Origin: a virus | Reading direction: 5' to 3' (one strand) | DNA length: 64,000 nt | Virus record (IMG/VR): IMGVR_UViG_3300012642_000011 | Span: 224,001 to 288,000 of that record | Part shown: positions 29,540 to 39,555 of the stretch, piece by piece | How the letters are laid out: every line of letters begins with the position of its first letter | How positions within the stretch are numbered: position 1 is the stretch's first letter | The notes under the pieces: model-generated | What the model saw: only the letters and a program-made list of their open reading frames with translations | Told to the model about the DNA's origin: nothing | The model's database searches: none | Position numbers and translations under genes: made by a program

Positions 29540-29704
29540 GGTGCCAACCTATAGGATGAGAGGGAATAATGTAAGTCTGATTGCCTGCATATTTTTGTCT
29601 TATATTGTGTCCCCTTGAAGCGAGTCATCATGTGCGCGCGTGCCAGTTGAATGCAAGAGGGCGGGTTTAGCCATGGTGCGCTCAACCCGCCCTCACGCAG
29701 TAGG

Positions 29705-30337
29705 TCACACCTCGAACGACTCCCACGTGATCGAGACCGGACGGCGCACGGCGCGCCACATGTGCTCACTACCCTCATCCTTGGAGTCAGCCATCCAGCC
29801 CATCACCTGTGGCAGAGACATGTCAGAGCGGTGAAGGTCTTCAGAGTTCAGGTGATTCGGCACAGAGTCTGCACGGGCGATGCCATACTGCCAGATCCGA
29901 CCGTTCAGGCGGTTGGTGCGAATCGTCTCCAAAGCGCGCACGTTGATGTCCTCATCGAAGTCAAGCGCCACGCGAGTGGGGAAGATTTCAGGACGATCTG
30001 CACCGTAGAAGATGATAGCTTCGTTGTGAAGGTTGTAGTCACCATCCTCAAGCAGAAGTACACCCTCACCATAGTGGATGATCGCCTTCATGGTGTCAGA
30101 GTCATCATCGAAGATCGAGTGATAACGGTCATCCTTGCTCACGCGAGCCTCGAACACCACGTCCTGACGCAGAGCGTCATGATCCTCCTTGTAGGAGGTC
30201 TCGAACTTCACGCCATGAGCGGAGAGAACGTCGTAGATGCCCTTGGCGTTCTGGTCGATGCAGCCGATCATCTTGGCGAAGTCGGGCACGTGAGCCTTCG
30301 GGATGGTGATGCGGTAGAGGGGGTGGATCTTAGTCAT
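29705..30337 (-). CDS. hypothetical protein, 210 aa
   Basis: RBS AAGGAGAGAGCACC-ATG; overlapping plus-strand ORF 29651..30469 rejected. Confidence 0.5.
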   Translation of the reverse strand: MTKIHPLYRITIPKAHVPDFAKMIGCIDQNAKGIYDVLSAHGVKFETSYKEDHDALRQDVVFEARVSKDDRYHSIFDDDSDTMKAIIHYGEGVLLLEDGDYNLHNEAIIFYGADRPEIFPTRVALDFDEDINVRALETIRTNRLNGRIWQYGIARADSVPNHLNSEDLHRSDMSLPQVMGWMADSKDEGSEHMWRAVRRPVSITWESFEV

Positions 30338-30633
30338 GGTGCTCTCTCCTTGAGTAGCGGAATTCTTACTGATGTAGAGACTACCATCATCTTCTCCTCA
30401 ATGCAAGCCATGCGATCAATCAGCAAAATGAATGCCGGTCGGACTAAAGCGATAGTCCGACCGGCTTAGTCAGAAGCATTGCGCGCTCAAGCACCTATGG
30501 TGCTAACAAGAAGCATTCTTGACTGATGTGTAGAAGCATACATGCTGATCAGGCAGAGCGCAACCGTTGTCTTCGTGAGGTGGGTCACGGTGTCCGACTG
30601 GCGAGGAACGCGGGTGAGGAGAATGACACGCTC

Positions 30634-30876
30634 ATGACCGCGTTGGAGCGCTTCGGCTTCGAGGTGGATGCCGGTTACGAGAACCCCGATGACGTGGTGA
30701 TCACGAACTACAACGACAAGTATGGCGATGAGATCGTCGCCGCTCTGGAGGCACTTGCCCCGTTCGCTGTCGAGGGCACGGGGATGCAGTGGCAGGGCGA
30801 GGACAATTCCTTCTGGAAGATGGAGGTCAAGGGTGGCAAACTGGATGAGAAGAACGGGGATCTCACCTACTCCTGA
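30634..30876 (+). CDS. hypothetical small acidic protein (~80 aa)
   Basis: GAGGAG 12 nt upstream of the ATG. Confidence 0.35.
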   Translation: MTALERFGFEVDAGYENPDDVVITNYNDKYGDEIVAALEALAPFAVEGTGMQWQGEDNSFWKMEVKGGKLDEKNGDLTYS

Positions 30877-30949
30877 CCCCAGCACCTTGACGAGAATGCC
30901 CCCATGAGGTAGCATGGAGGCAACAAGCACTCACAGCAGACAGGAGAAC

Positions 30950-31225
30950 ATGATGAACAAGGTGGATGAGGTCAAGACCCACGATGACGCTGGTTTCCTC
31001 ATGGGTTACGAGTTCTACGAGGACAACGGGAAGTTCCGCTGGATCTTCACCGAGCACGGTCAGCCGGACGACGTGAGCAGTGCCCGCTTCGACAGTCTGA
31101 TCGATGCTCTGCGCGGGGCTTCGGACAACGCTGAGGACTCCTTCGGCTCTTACGAGGAAGCCAAGCGACTCACGCGCGTGATGCGCGGCAAGGCGACCCG
31201 ACTGGAGAAGAAGAACCAGTCCTGA
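30950..31225 (+). CDS. hypothetical protein (MMNKVDEVKTHDD..., 91 aa)
   Basis: RBS CAGGAGAAC-ATGATG. Confidence 0.5.
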   Translation: MMNKVDEVKTHDDAGFLMGYEFYEDNGKFRWIFTEHGQPDDVSSARFDSLIDALRGASDNAEDSFGSYEEAKRLTRVMRGKATRLEKKNQS

Positions 31226-31452
31226 CGATGAGCGCCCCGCTGGTGACAATGCCAGCGGGCGTTTTCTATATTCACATTTCGTGTCCCCACTCGTCCCACG
31301 GCGCACCCGCAACAGCAATGAGCCCAGATGACAACATGAGAAGGGGATCAGTGGAGAGGTCGCCACAAGGGGACACAATATGACTATTTTTGAGAACACC
31401 ACCGCCCCGCCTGAACTCCGAGAGGGAGGATAAGCGGGGCGGTTGGTATAGA

Positions 31453-31950
31453 TCAGGCCGTGGCGAGCGCCGGAGCGTGGGCGGAGTGGTAGGACTTCTT
31501 CACCGTCTCCGAGACGCGGCCACGGGTGCCCACGGTGAGGCCCTGTGCGATAGCCCACTCGCGGATGCGCGAGTTGGCAGAGAGGATCACCTTCACCGGA
31601 GCGGCCTCGCCGTGAGCCTCACGGTAAGCCTTGACCACGGCGTGCGGGACGCGACCACGCTGACCCGCCTTCAGCAGCCCCTCGGCCTCGGCCCACGCGC
31701 GGATGACGGGGGCGGACTCACCGGCGAGCAGGCCCTTGTCCTCGTTGTAGGCCGCGCCGACAACCTCCCCCTTGTCGAGCAGACGCTCCGCCTTGGACTC
31801 GCGGAAGTTCTTGTCCTTCAGGGCGGCGGCGGTCTTGTCGGTCAGGGCCACGGTGACGCGCTTGCCGTTCACGCGGATGGTGTGCTCGGTCGCGCCGAAG
31901 TGGCCGGTCAGGGCGTCGCGGACGGTGGAGGTGGTCTGGGTCTTCGTCAT
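31453..31950 (-). CDS. lsr2: Lsr2-like nucleoid-associated/xenogeneic-silencing protein with two tandem Lsr2-type C-terminal DNA-binding motifs
   Basis: VIRAWAEAEGLLKAGQRGRVPHAVVKAYREAHG and IREWAIAQGLTVGTRGRVSETVKKSYHSAH match the Lsr2 RGR DNA-binding motif. Confidence 0.65.
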   Translation of the reverse strand: MTKTQTTSTVRDALTGHFGATEHTIRVNGKRVTVALTDKTAAALKDKNFRESKAERLLDKGEVVGAAYNEDKGLLAGESAPVIRAWAEAEGLLKAGQRGRVPHAVVKAYREAHGEAAPVKVILSANSRIREWAIAQGLTVGTRGRVSETVKKSYHSAHAPALATA

Positions 31951-32243
31951 GATGTTCTCCTAAGAGTTGTGGAGCCGTGGTGACTCCGTTATGTGGGCTT
32001 TGGGTTTGTTTCCCTCTGCCGTGCTGATGGAATAAATCTAACACACCAGACGCTCCACGGTCAACCCGAAACGGCAGATTCGAGGAACTTTTTCTTGATG
32101 TGCAGGGACGCTCCACTATGGCGACAAGTGAGAGTAAGAATCAGTTGCACATTCAAGGGGACACAGGATTCGTATTTTATAGTGACGCTGGATACACAAA
32201 GCCGCCCCAGCGATCATCGTGACCACTGGGGCGGCGAGGTGGA

Positions 32244-32411
32244 TCACCAACCGGCGTTGATCGCCTGTCGCTTGTTGGCGGAGCGGGTGCCCTTGCGCGA
32301 CTTCACCGTGTGGCGCTGGGCGGCGGAGGAACGTCGCAGTTCCATCATCGCGTCGTAGCAGGCGCGGTTGCCGTTGTTGGCCGCGTTCTTGATCTTCTTG
32401 TTCTTCGCCAT
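32244..32411 (-). CDS. very basic small protein (~54 aa, MAKNKKIKNAANNGNRACYDAMMELRR...)
   Basis: Below ORF-track cutoff; conserved leader upstream; coordinates approximate. Confidence 0.4.
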   Translation of the reverse strand: MAKNKKIKNAANNGNRACYDAMMELRRSSAAQRHTVKSRKGTRSANKRQAINAGW

Positions 32412-32671
32412 GATGTTCTCTCCTTGAGAGTTGTGGGGTTTGGCTCTTCCTCGCCCCTGTTGTCTCCTACTCTACACGATGAGACGCTCCATGTCAAATC
32501 ATTCTCGGAACTTCTTTGGTTGAGGAGAAGACGTAGCGTTTATTGCGCTCTGGGGGTTCAGTGCGTGCTTCTGTCACATGCTGACGGGGCAACTTGAGGG
32601 GACACAATGATACTGCATTGTCAAACAACAAGCCCGACACCCTGATGAGTGCCGGGCTTGTTGTTGTGGAT

Positions 32672-32938
32672 TCAGAGCAGGCCCATGAGCATGTAGTTCT
32701 CGATGTGGCGGCGCACGTTGAGCGCGTGCTTCAGATCGTTTCGCGCGGCCTCATGGTCGAACCCCACGCTCATTGCGAGCATGCCGTAGAACGTGCGGAT
32801 GACATCATTGACGTGCCCCAGCATCTCGTTCATCTGCTTGACCGTGAGATTATCGAGGATGCTGGTGGCGTCCTCATCATCGGTGAAAGAACCGAGATCG
32901 TAGTAGGCGTTCAAGTTCTCGCCGGTCAGTTGCATCAT
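32672..32938 (-). CDS. hypothetical protein, 88 aa
   Basis: RBS GAAGGAGAGTCACC-ATG. Confidence 0.5.
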   Translation of the reverse strand: MMQLTGENLNAYYDLGSFTDDEDATSILDNLTVKQMNEMLGHVNDVIRTFYGMLAMSVGFDHEAARNDLKHALNVRRHIENYMLMGLL

Positions 32939-33124
32939 GGTGACTCTCCTTCAGAGTGAGTGAAGACTTGGTTGTCTTCGTTGTTGATTTGATCCTAAGG
33001 CATGCAGCATCAGCGCGTCAAGCCCAGTGGAAGATTTTTTCGCATGATGTTACAAGCGGCAGGAGAGGGACACAAGTCTGCTGTATGCCGCATTCTCCCT
33101 GAAGTCAGAGATCTGCGGTACCTA

Positions 33125-33457
33125 TCACTTGATGGTCACGATGAAATCGCTTCCGTACTCATCCTTGCCCTCAAGCGTCTTAGCGTCGATCAGGCCGTTG
33201 AACTCCTTGATGCGATCAACGATGCCTGCCGTGCCCTTGCTTTCAGGCGTCCATCCCAGATGCAGACGGAGAGCGGGCGCATAGTCCTCGTAGTCAACGA
33301 AGACCGTGATCCCCTCGTGCTCCTTCTCGAACTGACGAGCAATCTGCTCAATGTTGGAATGCTTCGCCTTACCAGCACCGATGCTGTAGCCATAGGCGTC
33401 CAGTCGGGCACCACTCAGCGTAGGGGTGTTCTGGGTGAAGTGGTAGTGGTAGGACAT
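33125..33457 (-). CDS. hypothetical protein, 110 aa
   Basis: Canonical conserved leader. Confidence 0.55.
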   Translation of the reverse strand: MSYHYHFTQNTPTLSGARLDAYGYSIGAGKAKHSNIEQIARQFEKEHEGITVFVDYEDYAPALRLHLGWTPESKGTAGIVDRIKEFNGLIDAKTLEGKDEYGSDFIVTIK

Positions 33458-33511
33458 GTTTCTCTCCTTGAGAGTTGTGGTCTTGGGCTGTTCCCTCGAC
33501 CTGATGAATTA

Positions 33512-33545
33512 ATAGTACCACAGGGGACGCTCCATACGCAACACG
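33512..33545 (-). promoter_or_regulatory. conserved promoter exemplar (-35-like, spacer GGAGCGTCCCCTGTGG, TGnTACTAT)
   Basis: Read on minus strand upstream of 33125..33457. Confidence 0.5.
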
Positions 33546-33704
33546 ATTGAGGGAACTTGCAGAATTGTTCAAAAGGGACACAGAAGTAGCGCTGGGTGGG
33601 ATTGGAAGCATGCAGCCCCGTTATCCTCTGGGTAGGGAGGATAGCGGAGCATGTGTAAGAGGGGAGTAGTGGTCAATACGCTTGACCACTACTTCCCCCT
33701 CCAT

Positions 33705-34019
33705 TCACTTGCGTCGCGCAATGCCAACGAGGAACTCGCTGAACTTTGTGCTCGTGAACACGGAATCATAGGGCACGTACAGCGTCCGATGAACGTCGTC
33801 GTACACACGGAAACGTACCTCAATGTCGTAGTTACGGTACGATACATCAACGGATGCGATGTAGCCCACGTGCCACGCCAGATCACCCATAACCACAGCG
33901 CGCAGATGCTCAACGTCCATTCGGTGCAGCGGGACGTACTCGCCCACAAGACACTCCGTGCAACCGCAGTCGTAGGGGTTGATAGCGTAAACTTTCCTGC
34001 CGTCAATGACCTTCGCCAT
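33705..34019 (-). CDS. hypothetical protein (MAKVIDGRKVYAINPYDCGCTEC..., 105 aa)
   Basis: Conserved leader. Confidence 0.55.
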   Translation of the reverse strand: MAKVIDGRKVYAINPYDCGCTECLVGEYVPLHRMDVEHLRAVVMGDLAWHVGYIASVDVSYRNYDIEVRFRVYDDVHRTLYVPYDSVFTSTKFSEFLVGIARRK

Positions 34020-34297
34020 GATGTGCTCCTTGTGGAGTCGTGGTCTTGGGCTGTTCCCTCGACCTGATGACTCTACTCTACCACAAGGGACGCTCCATGT
34101 CAAAATGATTCAGAGCGTGGTGCCACCGTCAGGATGTGGCGCAGAAAGCATAAGGGGACACAAGTCATCACCCTGATCACCAAGGTGCTGCTGTACCCAT
34201 TGGCACCTACAAGATGCTTCATGCTCACTGCCAAGATTGAGACACATTGGTGACACTGCCGCCCACTTGTGTGTCCAGACAGGCGGCAGTGTCATCA

Positions 34298-34756
34298 TCA
34301 GACCTTCACATCATACTGGGAGGTATGAGCAGAGACAGGAACGGGTTCGTAGCGCTTAGTCTTTGCGTTGCAAGACACTGTGGAGATGCTGACGTGCTGG
34401 AATGGCGTGGACGCTCCATCCCAGATAGCGTTGCCGTAAGCCGTCACCGCGCGAAGATGGTCCAGCATCTCCGACTCGTCTTCAGGGGCGGCGATCACCA
34501 TGCGATCCACCTGATTCATCCACTTCACCCAACGGTAGGTGTCCTCTTCAGCGCACCACGTGATCGTGTAATACGTGTCGTCATCAAAGAAGACGGACGC
34601 ATTGGCGTGGTGGTGGCCCTCGTGCTCGGGAGAACAAAGTGGGTTGTCAGCGTAATGGGCAGCAAGCATGGGGTTGTGGGTGAAGCGGAAGTGCCGCTCC
34701 TCATAGTGGGCATTCGTCTTCGTAGCGATAGTGCGCTTGATCTGGTTCAGGTTCAT
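34298..34756 (-). CDS. hypothetical His-rich protein (MNLNQIKRTIATK..., 152 aa)
   Basis: RBS GAGGGAGTCACCACC-ATG. Confidence 0.5.
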   Translation of the reverse strand: MNLNQIKRTIATKTNAHYEERHFRFTHNPMLAAHYADNPLCSPEHEGHHHANASVFFDDDTYYTITWCAEEDTYRWVKWMNQVDRMVIAAPEDESEMLDHLRAVTAYGNAIWDGASTPFQHVSISTVSCNAKTKRYEPVPVSAHTSQYDVKV

Positions 34757-34943
34757 GGTGGTGACTCCCTCGTTATTATCTGTGCCTCCATCATAAGCAT
34801 GATGAAACCGTTGCGTCAAGGAAAAACTAAGGAAGTTAAAAGTCCTTAGTGCCACAGTCTCATGCTTGCGAGAGGTCAAATAAGAACGTTGCCGGTGGCT
34901 CTGGGGACACAATTACACTCCCGTAGATCATCGATGTGGATTA

Positions 34944-34972
34944 TTGATTTCCCTCCTAGTCTGTGATACGAT
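34944..34972 (+). promoter_or_regulatory. sigma70-like promoter TTGATT-17-TACGAT giving a leaderless transcript (ATG at predicted +1)
   Basis: -10 ends 7 nt before ATG 34979; no RBS. Confidence 0.45.
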
Positions 34973-34978
34973 GTCACC

Positions 34979-35497
34979 ATGAGCACGAAGAAATCAAAGC
35001 GACTGGCGTACATTCTGCGTCACGATCCGGCATCTGCGAACACCACTGCCAGTGAGCAGGGTTGGGTCAGTGTGTCGGATATCATGCGTGCTCTCAACGT
35101 CACCATGTCTCAGTTGCAGGTCATCGTGAGCGAGGACAACAAGGGTCGCTACGAGTTCTCTGCAGACAATGAGATGATCAGAGCAACTCAGGGCCACTCC
35201 TACCCTGTCAACTTGGGATGGGAGAGCGTGCTTCCTCCTGCTATCCTCTACCACGGCACGGCTACGCGATTCGTTGAGTCCATCATGCGTGAGGGTCTGG
35301 TCAAGGGGTCGCGTCAGTGGGTCCACCTGTCTGCTGACACTGCTACAGCCTCGATGGTTGGTTCTCGTCATGGCGAGTTGGTCATCCTTGAGGTGGCAGC
35401 ATCTCGCATGGCAGCGGATGGTCGCTCCTTCTACCGCTCTTCCAACGGCGTGTGGATGGCTGAACATGTCCCTGTGGAGTACATCACCACCCTCTGA
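34979..35497 (+). CDS. kptA: RNA 2'-phosphotransferase Tpt1/KptA-like (NAD-dependent)
   Basis: KRLAYILRHDP...GWVSV and LYHGTATRFVESIMREGL...RQWVHLSAD match Tpt1 signature motifs. Confidence 0.7.
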   Translation: MSTKKSKRLAYILRHDPASANTTASEQGWVSVSDIMRALNVTMSQLQVIVSEDNKGRYEFSADNEMIRATQGHSYPVNLGWESVLPPAILYHGTATRFVESIMREGLVKGSRQWVHLSADTATASMVGSRHGELVILEVAASRMAADGRSFYRSSNGVWMAEHVPVEYITTL

Positions 35498-35637
35498 TAG
35501 CAGAGAATCTTGTGGCACACAGTTGTCACAGGATTCTCTCATGACGGACAGGGGACACAAAAACAGAACAACACCAACCAAACACTACGGCCCGCCGTTC
35601 CCTCGTGTGAGGTACTGGGCGGGCCGTAGTGTGGAGG

Positions 35638-35940
35638 TCACAGACCAGAGAGTTCAGACTTGACAGAACACATCCACGACGGGGTGATCTCGTTGATGCT
35701 CTCAACCATGAACTCCTTCTCGTTGAAGGCGTTGATGAAGTTGATCACGTTGTTGAACTTGAAGTAGGTGATGTAGTCATCACCAGAGAGTTCGCCGTTC
35801 TCGATCTTCACGGTCAGACCATTCACCTCGAAGGTGAAGTAGAAGACAGTCATCTCACCAGTGTGCATGCAGAAGTCACAGGTGCCCCAAGTGATGTCCT
35901 CCTGGCTGCTGTCAACGTTCACGATCTTCACGGGGTACAT
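35638..35940 (-). CDS. hypothetical protein, 100 aa
   Basis: Conserved leader. Confidence 0.55.
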   Translation of the reverse strand: MYPVKIVNVDSSQEDITWGTCDFCMHTGEMTVFYFTFEVNGLTVKIENGELSGDDYITYFKFNNVINFINAFNEKEFMVESINEITPSWMCSVKSELSGL

Positions 35941-36060
35941 GGTATCTCCTTGTGGAGTAATGGTCTCGGGCTGTTCCCTCGACCTGATGAATCAATAGTA
36001 GCACAGGGGACGCTCCATACGCAACTCCACAACGCGAATAATTTGAGTAGAGTCGTAGCC

Positions 36061-36522
36061 TCACCCCATACGGTAGGAGAAAAGCGTCTCGAAACCCTGT
36101 ACGCCCTCATCATCCACTGTCCCACGGCTTACATGAATCCAGTTAAAAGGCTCATTCTCGCCCTCCATGCTTGCCCCTGTCACATGCGGCAGATAGCCGT
36201 CGCCGTGGTGCTCGGGAACAGCAAGGGACGCTCCACTATCGATAGCGGCGCGCAAAAGATGATCGTGCATAGTGCCGATCTGGTTGCTCTTCAAAACTTC
36301 AATGACGTGAATTGCTTCCCCATCGTCCCCCTGAAACACCTGCTCACCTTGATTAGAAGTGATCACAGGGCCAAAATAGAAACAAGCATTCTTTACTCTG
36401 TCAATGAACTTGTTGACCTGATCCTCTGTGTCAACACGGAAGGCAGGCATCAGTGTCAGATGGAAAACAGATCCTTCACCGTGATCAACAATCACATAGA
36501 TCTTCATGTCCTTATTGTGCAT
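36061..36522 (-). CDS. hypothetical protein (MHNKDMKIYVIVDHGEG..., 153 aa)
   Basis: RBS CAAGGAATCCAAG-ATG. Confidence 0.45.
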   Translation of the reverse strand: MHNKDMKIYVIVDHGEGSVFHLTLMPAFRVDTEDQVNKFIDRVKNACFYFGPVITSNQGEQVFQGDDGEAIHVIEVLKSNQIGTMHDHLLRAAIDSGASLAVPEHHGDGYLPHVTGASMEGENEPFNWIHVSRGTVDDEGVQGFETLFSYRMG

Positions 36523-36656
36523 CTTGGATTCCTTGTCTGAATATGAGTTTGTCAACAATCTATCATGGATGAACGTATAAGACAACCTTGTTTTCAGGCG
36601 AGGTCTCCTTAGGGACACAGGATACTCGTAGATGATCCTTTCCGAAGTCTTGGGGA

Positions 36657-36866
36657 TCACTCATTCCATGAAGCGAAATCTCCCCATGTGGACGTACCGG
36701 AATGATCGGTAACGGAATGATCTGCAGAACCGTTATGATCTGTGGTGTCCTTCTGATCGCCTTCGCGGATGAGTCGATGCGCTTCCTCGAAGACGCGACG
36801 ATGGTACTCCGCTTCGGTCTCACCTTCCTCGTAGGTAACGGCAGCGTGCTTCATTGCGTGCTTCAT
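36657..36866 (-). CDS. hypothetical small protein, 69 aa
   Basis: RBS AAAGGAGAGCATC-ATG. Confidence 0.45.
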   Translation of the reverse strand: MKHAMKHAAVTYEEGETEAEYHRRVFEEAHRLIREGDQKDTTDHNGSADHSVTDHSGTSTWGDFASWNE

Positions 36867-37192
36867 GATGCTCTCCTTTTCGTGTTGTCCTTGCCACTAT
36901 GGTAACAGGTTTAAAGGTATTACGGTAGGGGGTACATTCTTTGATTACTGGTAGGTTGCATGAGGGTGAGTCGCCTCTGGATTGTCTGACCTCGACAGAG
37001 GCTCTGTGTGCCCTTCTGACGCCTTCTAACACCCCCATCCCACTGTGAGGCATCAACGGTTGGAACGTTCTTCTACGAGCCGCACAGCCTCGTAGAGCAT
37101 ATATTCTCACTCGTGCGTGCTCACATGAGTGGCTTTGGGTGTCTGATGTTCTCGTGGACCCTTGGGGACACAAAATGGTGTGAGACGAAAAA

Positions 37193-37230
37193 GGCCCTGC
37201 CGTCCTCCCGTGTGGGATTCTGGCAGGGCC
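37193..37230 (-). terminator. conserved-loop intrinsic terminator (GGCCCUGCC-loop-GGCAGGGCC + U-run)
   Basis: Follows stop of 37236..37475 on minus strand. Confidence 0.6.
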
Positions 37231-37235
37231 TCGTA

Positions 37236-37475
37236 TCAGGCGAGGTTATCCGGCAGGTCTCCGGTCTCTCGCAGGGAACGCTTCACCGCCGACTTGGCGT
37301 TACGGATGCCAGAGGCGGACTTGGAAGTGGAGGGGCCGACGAACATGCGACCGTTGATGAGGCGGTAGCGGATGTGACCGGAACCCGTCTTGCCCTCCAC
37401 TTCGCCTAGGTTGTTCTTCACGATCCAATCGTGAAGTTCCTTGGCGATCCCCGTTGCTCCGATTCGCTTCCCCAT
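37236..37475 (-). CDS. hypothetical protein (MGKRIGATGIAKELHDW..., 79 aa)
   Basis: Conserved leader. Confidence 0.5.
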   Translation of the reverse strand: MGKRIGATGIAKELHDWIVKNNLGEVEGKTGSGHIRYRLINGRMFVGPSTSKSASGIRNAKSAVKRSLRETGDLPDNLA

Positions 37476-37703
37476 GATCTCTCCTTGAGAGTTGCGGTCT
37501 CGGGCTGTTCCCTCGACCTGATGAATCAATAGTACCACAGGGGACGCTCCATCGTCTACTCCGCAGAGAATTTATTTTCAGCACTCTTGGAGGCAGATGG
37601 ACAAGGGGACACAATAATCGTATCCCTCTTGACTAAGAGGACAGGATACAGTTCGGCCCACCATCCTCCCGTGTGTGGGATTCTGGTGGGCCGAACTGTC
37701 TCA

Positions 37704-37913
37704 TCACGCCTTGACGGACTCCCACGTGTTCTCGGAAGTCTTCACCATGGTCATGTCCGTCACGTCCACACCGATGTGCTTGAGGCGATGCACAGCGGCC
37801 TTCTTGGCGATCTCGCGCGGGACGTAGGGGTAGATTGTGGACTCCACGAACTGAGTGCCGTTGTAGACGGTCACGATGTAGTCAACGCCGTTCTTGGTCA
37901 GGACTGCCTTCAT
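37704..37913 (-). CDS. hypothetical protein, 69 aa
   Basis: Conserved leader variant. Confidence 0.5.
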   Translation of the reverse strand: MKAVLTKNGVDYIVTVYNGTQFVESTIYPYVPREIAKKAAVHRLKHIGVDVTDMTMVKTSENTWESVKA

Positions 37914-38000
37914 GATGCTCTCTCCTTGAGAGTAGTAGGGATTACTCTGTGTGCTCTCCCTTGCTGATGAATTAATAGTAGCACAGGGGGACGCTCCATG

Positions 38001-38183
38001 TCAATCCGAAGAAGCGTCGATCTTCTGCTTTTCGTTTGAGCGATTGCGGATCATCAAGGTGAAAGCATGGAAGAAGCACGCGGTGGCTACAGTGATCCCT
38101 GCCATCAGCGTTCTAATGGGAGAGGGGTCCGTGACAGCAGTGAATACATTAAAGACCGCAAATAATATGATGATATCCTTCAT
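38001..38183 (-). CDS. small membrane protein, 60 aa
   Basis: RBS TAAGGAAATC-ATG; hydrophobic. Confidence 0.45.
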   Translation of the reverse strand: MKDIIILFAVFNVFTAVTDPSPIRTLMAGITVATACFFHAFTLMIRNRSNEKQKIDASSD

Positions 38184-38377
38184 GATTTCCTTAGATTAGA
38201 TGACAATGTACTGTGAGAGATGGTAGCACGTGTGGGCATCGAGATCAACTTGTGACACAAGATGACATGGATAAAAATGATCCTCCCAAAGATTTGCAAT
38301 CAACGAGATGATGCTGTAGCGTGGACATCAGTTGGTGAGGGAGCCGCCCGAACCGCTTACTCCGAAAGGGAGTCGCC

Positions 38378-38707
38378 ATGTCGCTTCTTATCGAGAACAT
38401 GATCAACAGCCGCGAACTGTCGCCTGCTGCGCGGGACATGTCTGCTGCTGATGTCCTTCAGGCTTGGGTTGAGGCCAATGCAGCGGAGACTGTGAAGTTG
38501 GAGACCCTCGGAGTCGAGGAGGAGTCCCTGATTGGTGTGCTGGCTTTCGAGCGTGATGGGGACGCTCTGAGCGTCCTCCTGAACACTTTCGACAACCCTG
38601 TGGAGTCGAGCATGGAGATCTTCCTGATCGATCCCATGATGAAGGGCAAGGGTCAGTATGACTCGCAGGGTGTGTGGAAGGGTGCCAAGATGCTCGTGGC
38701 GCTGTGA
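38378..38707 (+). CDS. hypothetical protein, 109 aa
   Basis: RBS AAAGGGAGTCGCC-ATG. Confidence 0.5.
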   Translation: MSLLIENMINSRELSPAARDMSAADVLQAWVEANAAETVKLETLGVEEESLIGVLAFERDGDALSVLLNTFDNPVESSMEIFLIDPMMKGKGQYDSQGVWKGAKMLVAL

Positions 38708-38878
38708 TCATAGGGTGAGGGTGATGGGAGGAATCCTGTCACCCTCACTTTTTGAGTGAGTATGGGGACACAATATACATGACATGGTTGTGATGTATGT
38801 CTGATGTGTTGTCGTATGTGTAACACTCAACCCCCTGCCGTTCTGTACTGATGCTGGCAGGGGGTTGAGTGGATCATC

Positions 38879-39136
38879 TCACTCCCAGTAGATGCTGTTC
38901 ATGTAGTCAATGGCTTCATCTGCCGTGCTGAAGGTCTTTTCGAACTCGTAGTTCTCATCATTCCACACGCTCACATCACCATTGGGATGGACGACGTAGA
39001 AGTGAAGCACATGCGCGTAGATGGTCACTTCCCCACTGTCCTCGTAGAGCACGGCAGGTTCCCCATCGGGGCCGGTCTCCTTGCTGATGAGGTAGTCAAC
39101 AACGCTCTGTGCGGTGGTGGTCTTGACGTTTGACAC
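38879..39136 (-). CDS. hypothetical protein, 85 aa
   Basis: RBS TAGGAGAGTATCGTG...ATG. Confidence 0.45.
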   Translation of the reverse strand: MSNVKTTTAQSVVDYLISKETGPDGEPAVLYEDSGEVTIYAHVLHFYVVHPNGDVSVWNDENYEFEKTFSTADEAIDYMNSIYWE

Positions 39137-39255
39137 GATACTCTCCTAAGGTTGAGTGTTTAGGATTGATTACTGGACTTCATAGTGAAACCATAGCAGA
39201 GGGACGTGACAGGTGCAACACGTAATCCCGATTTCGGTGTTGCGCCTGTTGAGAT

Positions 39256-39522
39256 TCAGCGTCCGTTGAGCATGGCGTTTCGATCTTGCACAATGTCTTT
39301 GATGACACGATGAGTGAGTTCGTAACCAGTTGCCTCGAAAACGTCATCTGCCATGGCATGCATGACGTTGTGGCGGGCGTTCTGGCGTTGCATGCTGGCT
39401 GTCACGATGTTGCCCGTAGCGTTGCCTCGACGTGATTTCTGCAATGCTCGCTTGATCTTTGCGCGTTCCATCTTGTACGCATTGAATACGCGCGCATCCA
39501 CGTTGTCGCTGATGATTGTCAT
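39256..39522 (-). CDS. small basic protein, paralog of 3780..4043
   Basis: RBS CAGGAGACCATGAA-ATG. Confidence 0.5.
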   Translation of the reverse strand: MTIISDNVDARVFNAYKMERAKIKRALQKSRRGNATGNIVTASMQRQNARHNVMHAMADDVFEATGYELTHRVIKDIVQDRNAMLNGR

Positions 39523-39555
39523 TTCATGGTCTCCTGAATCCGTTATGGGGACGTG

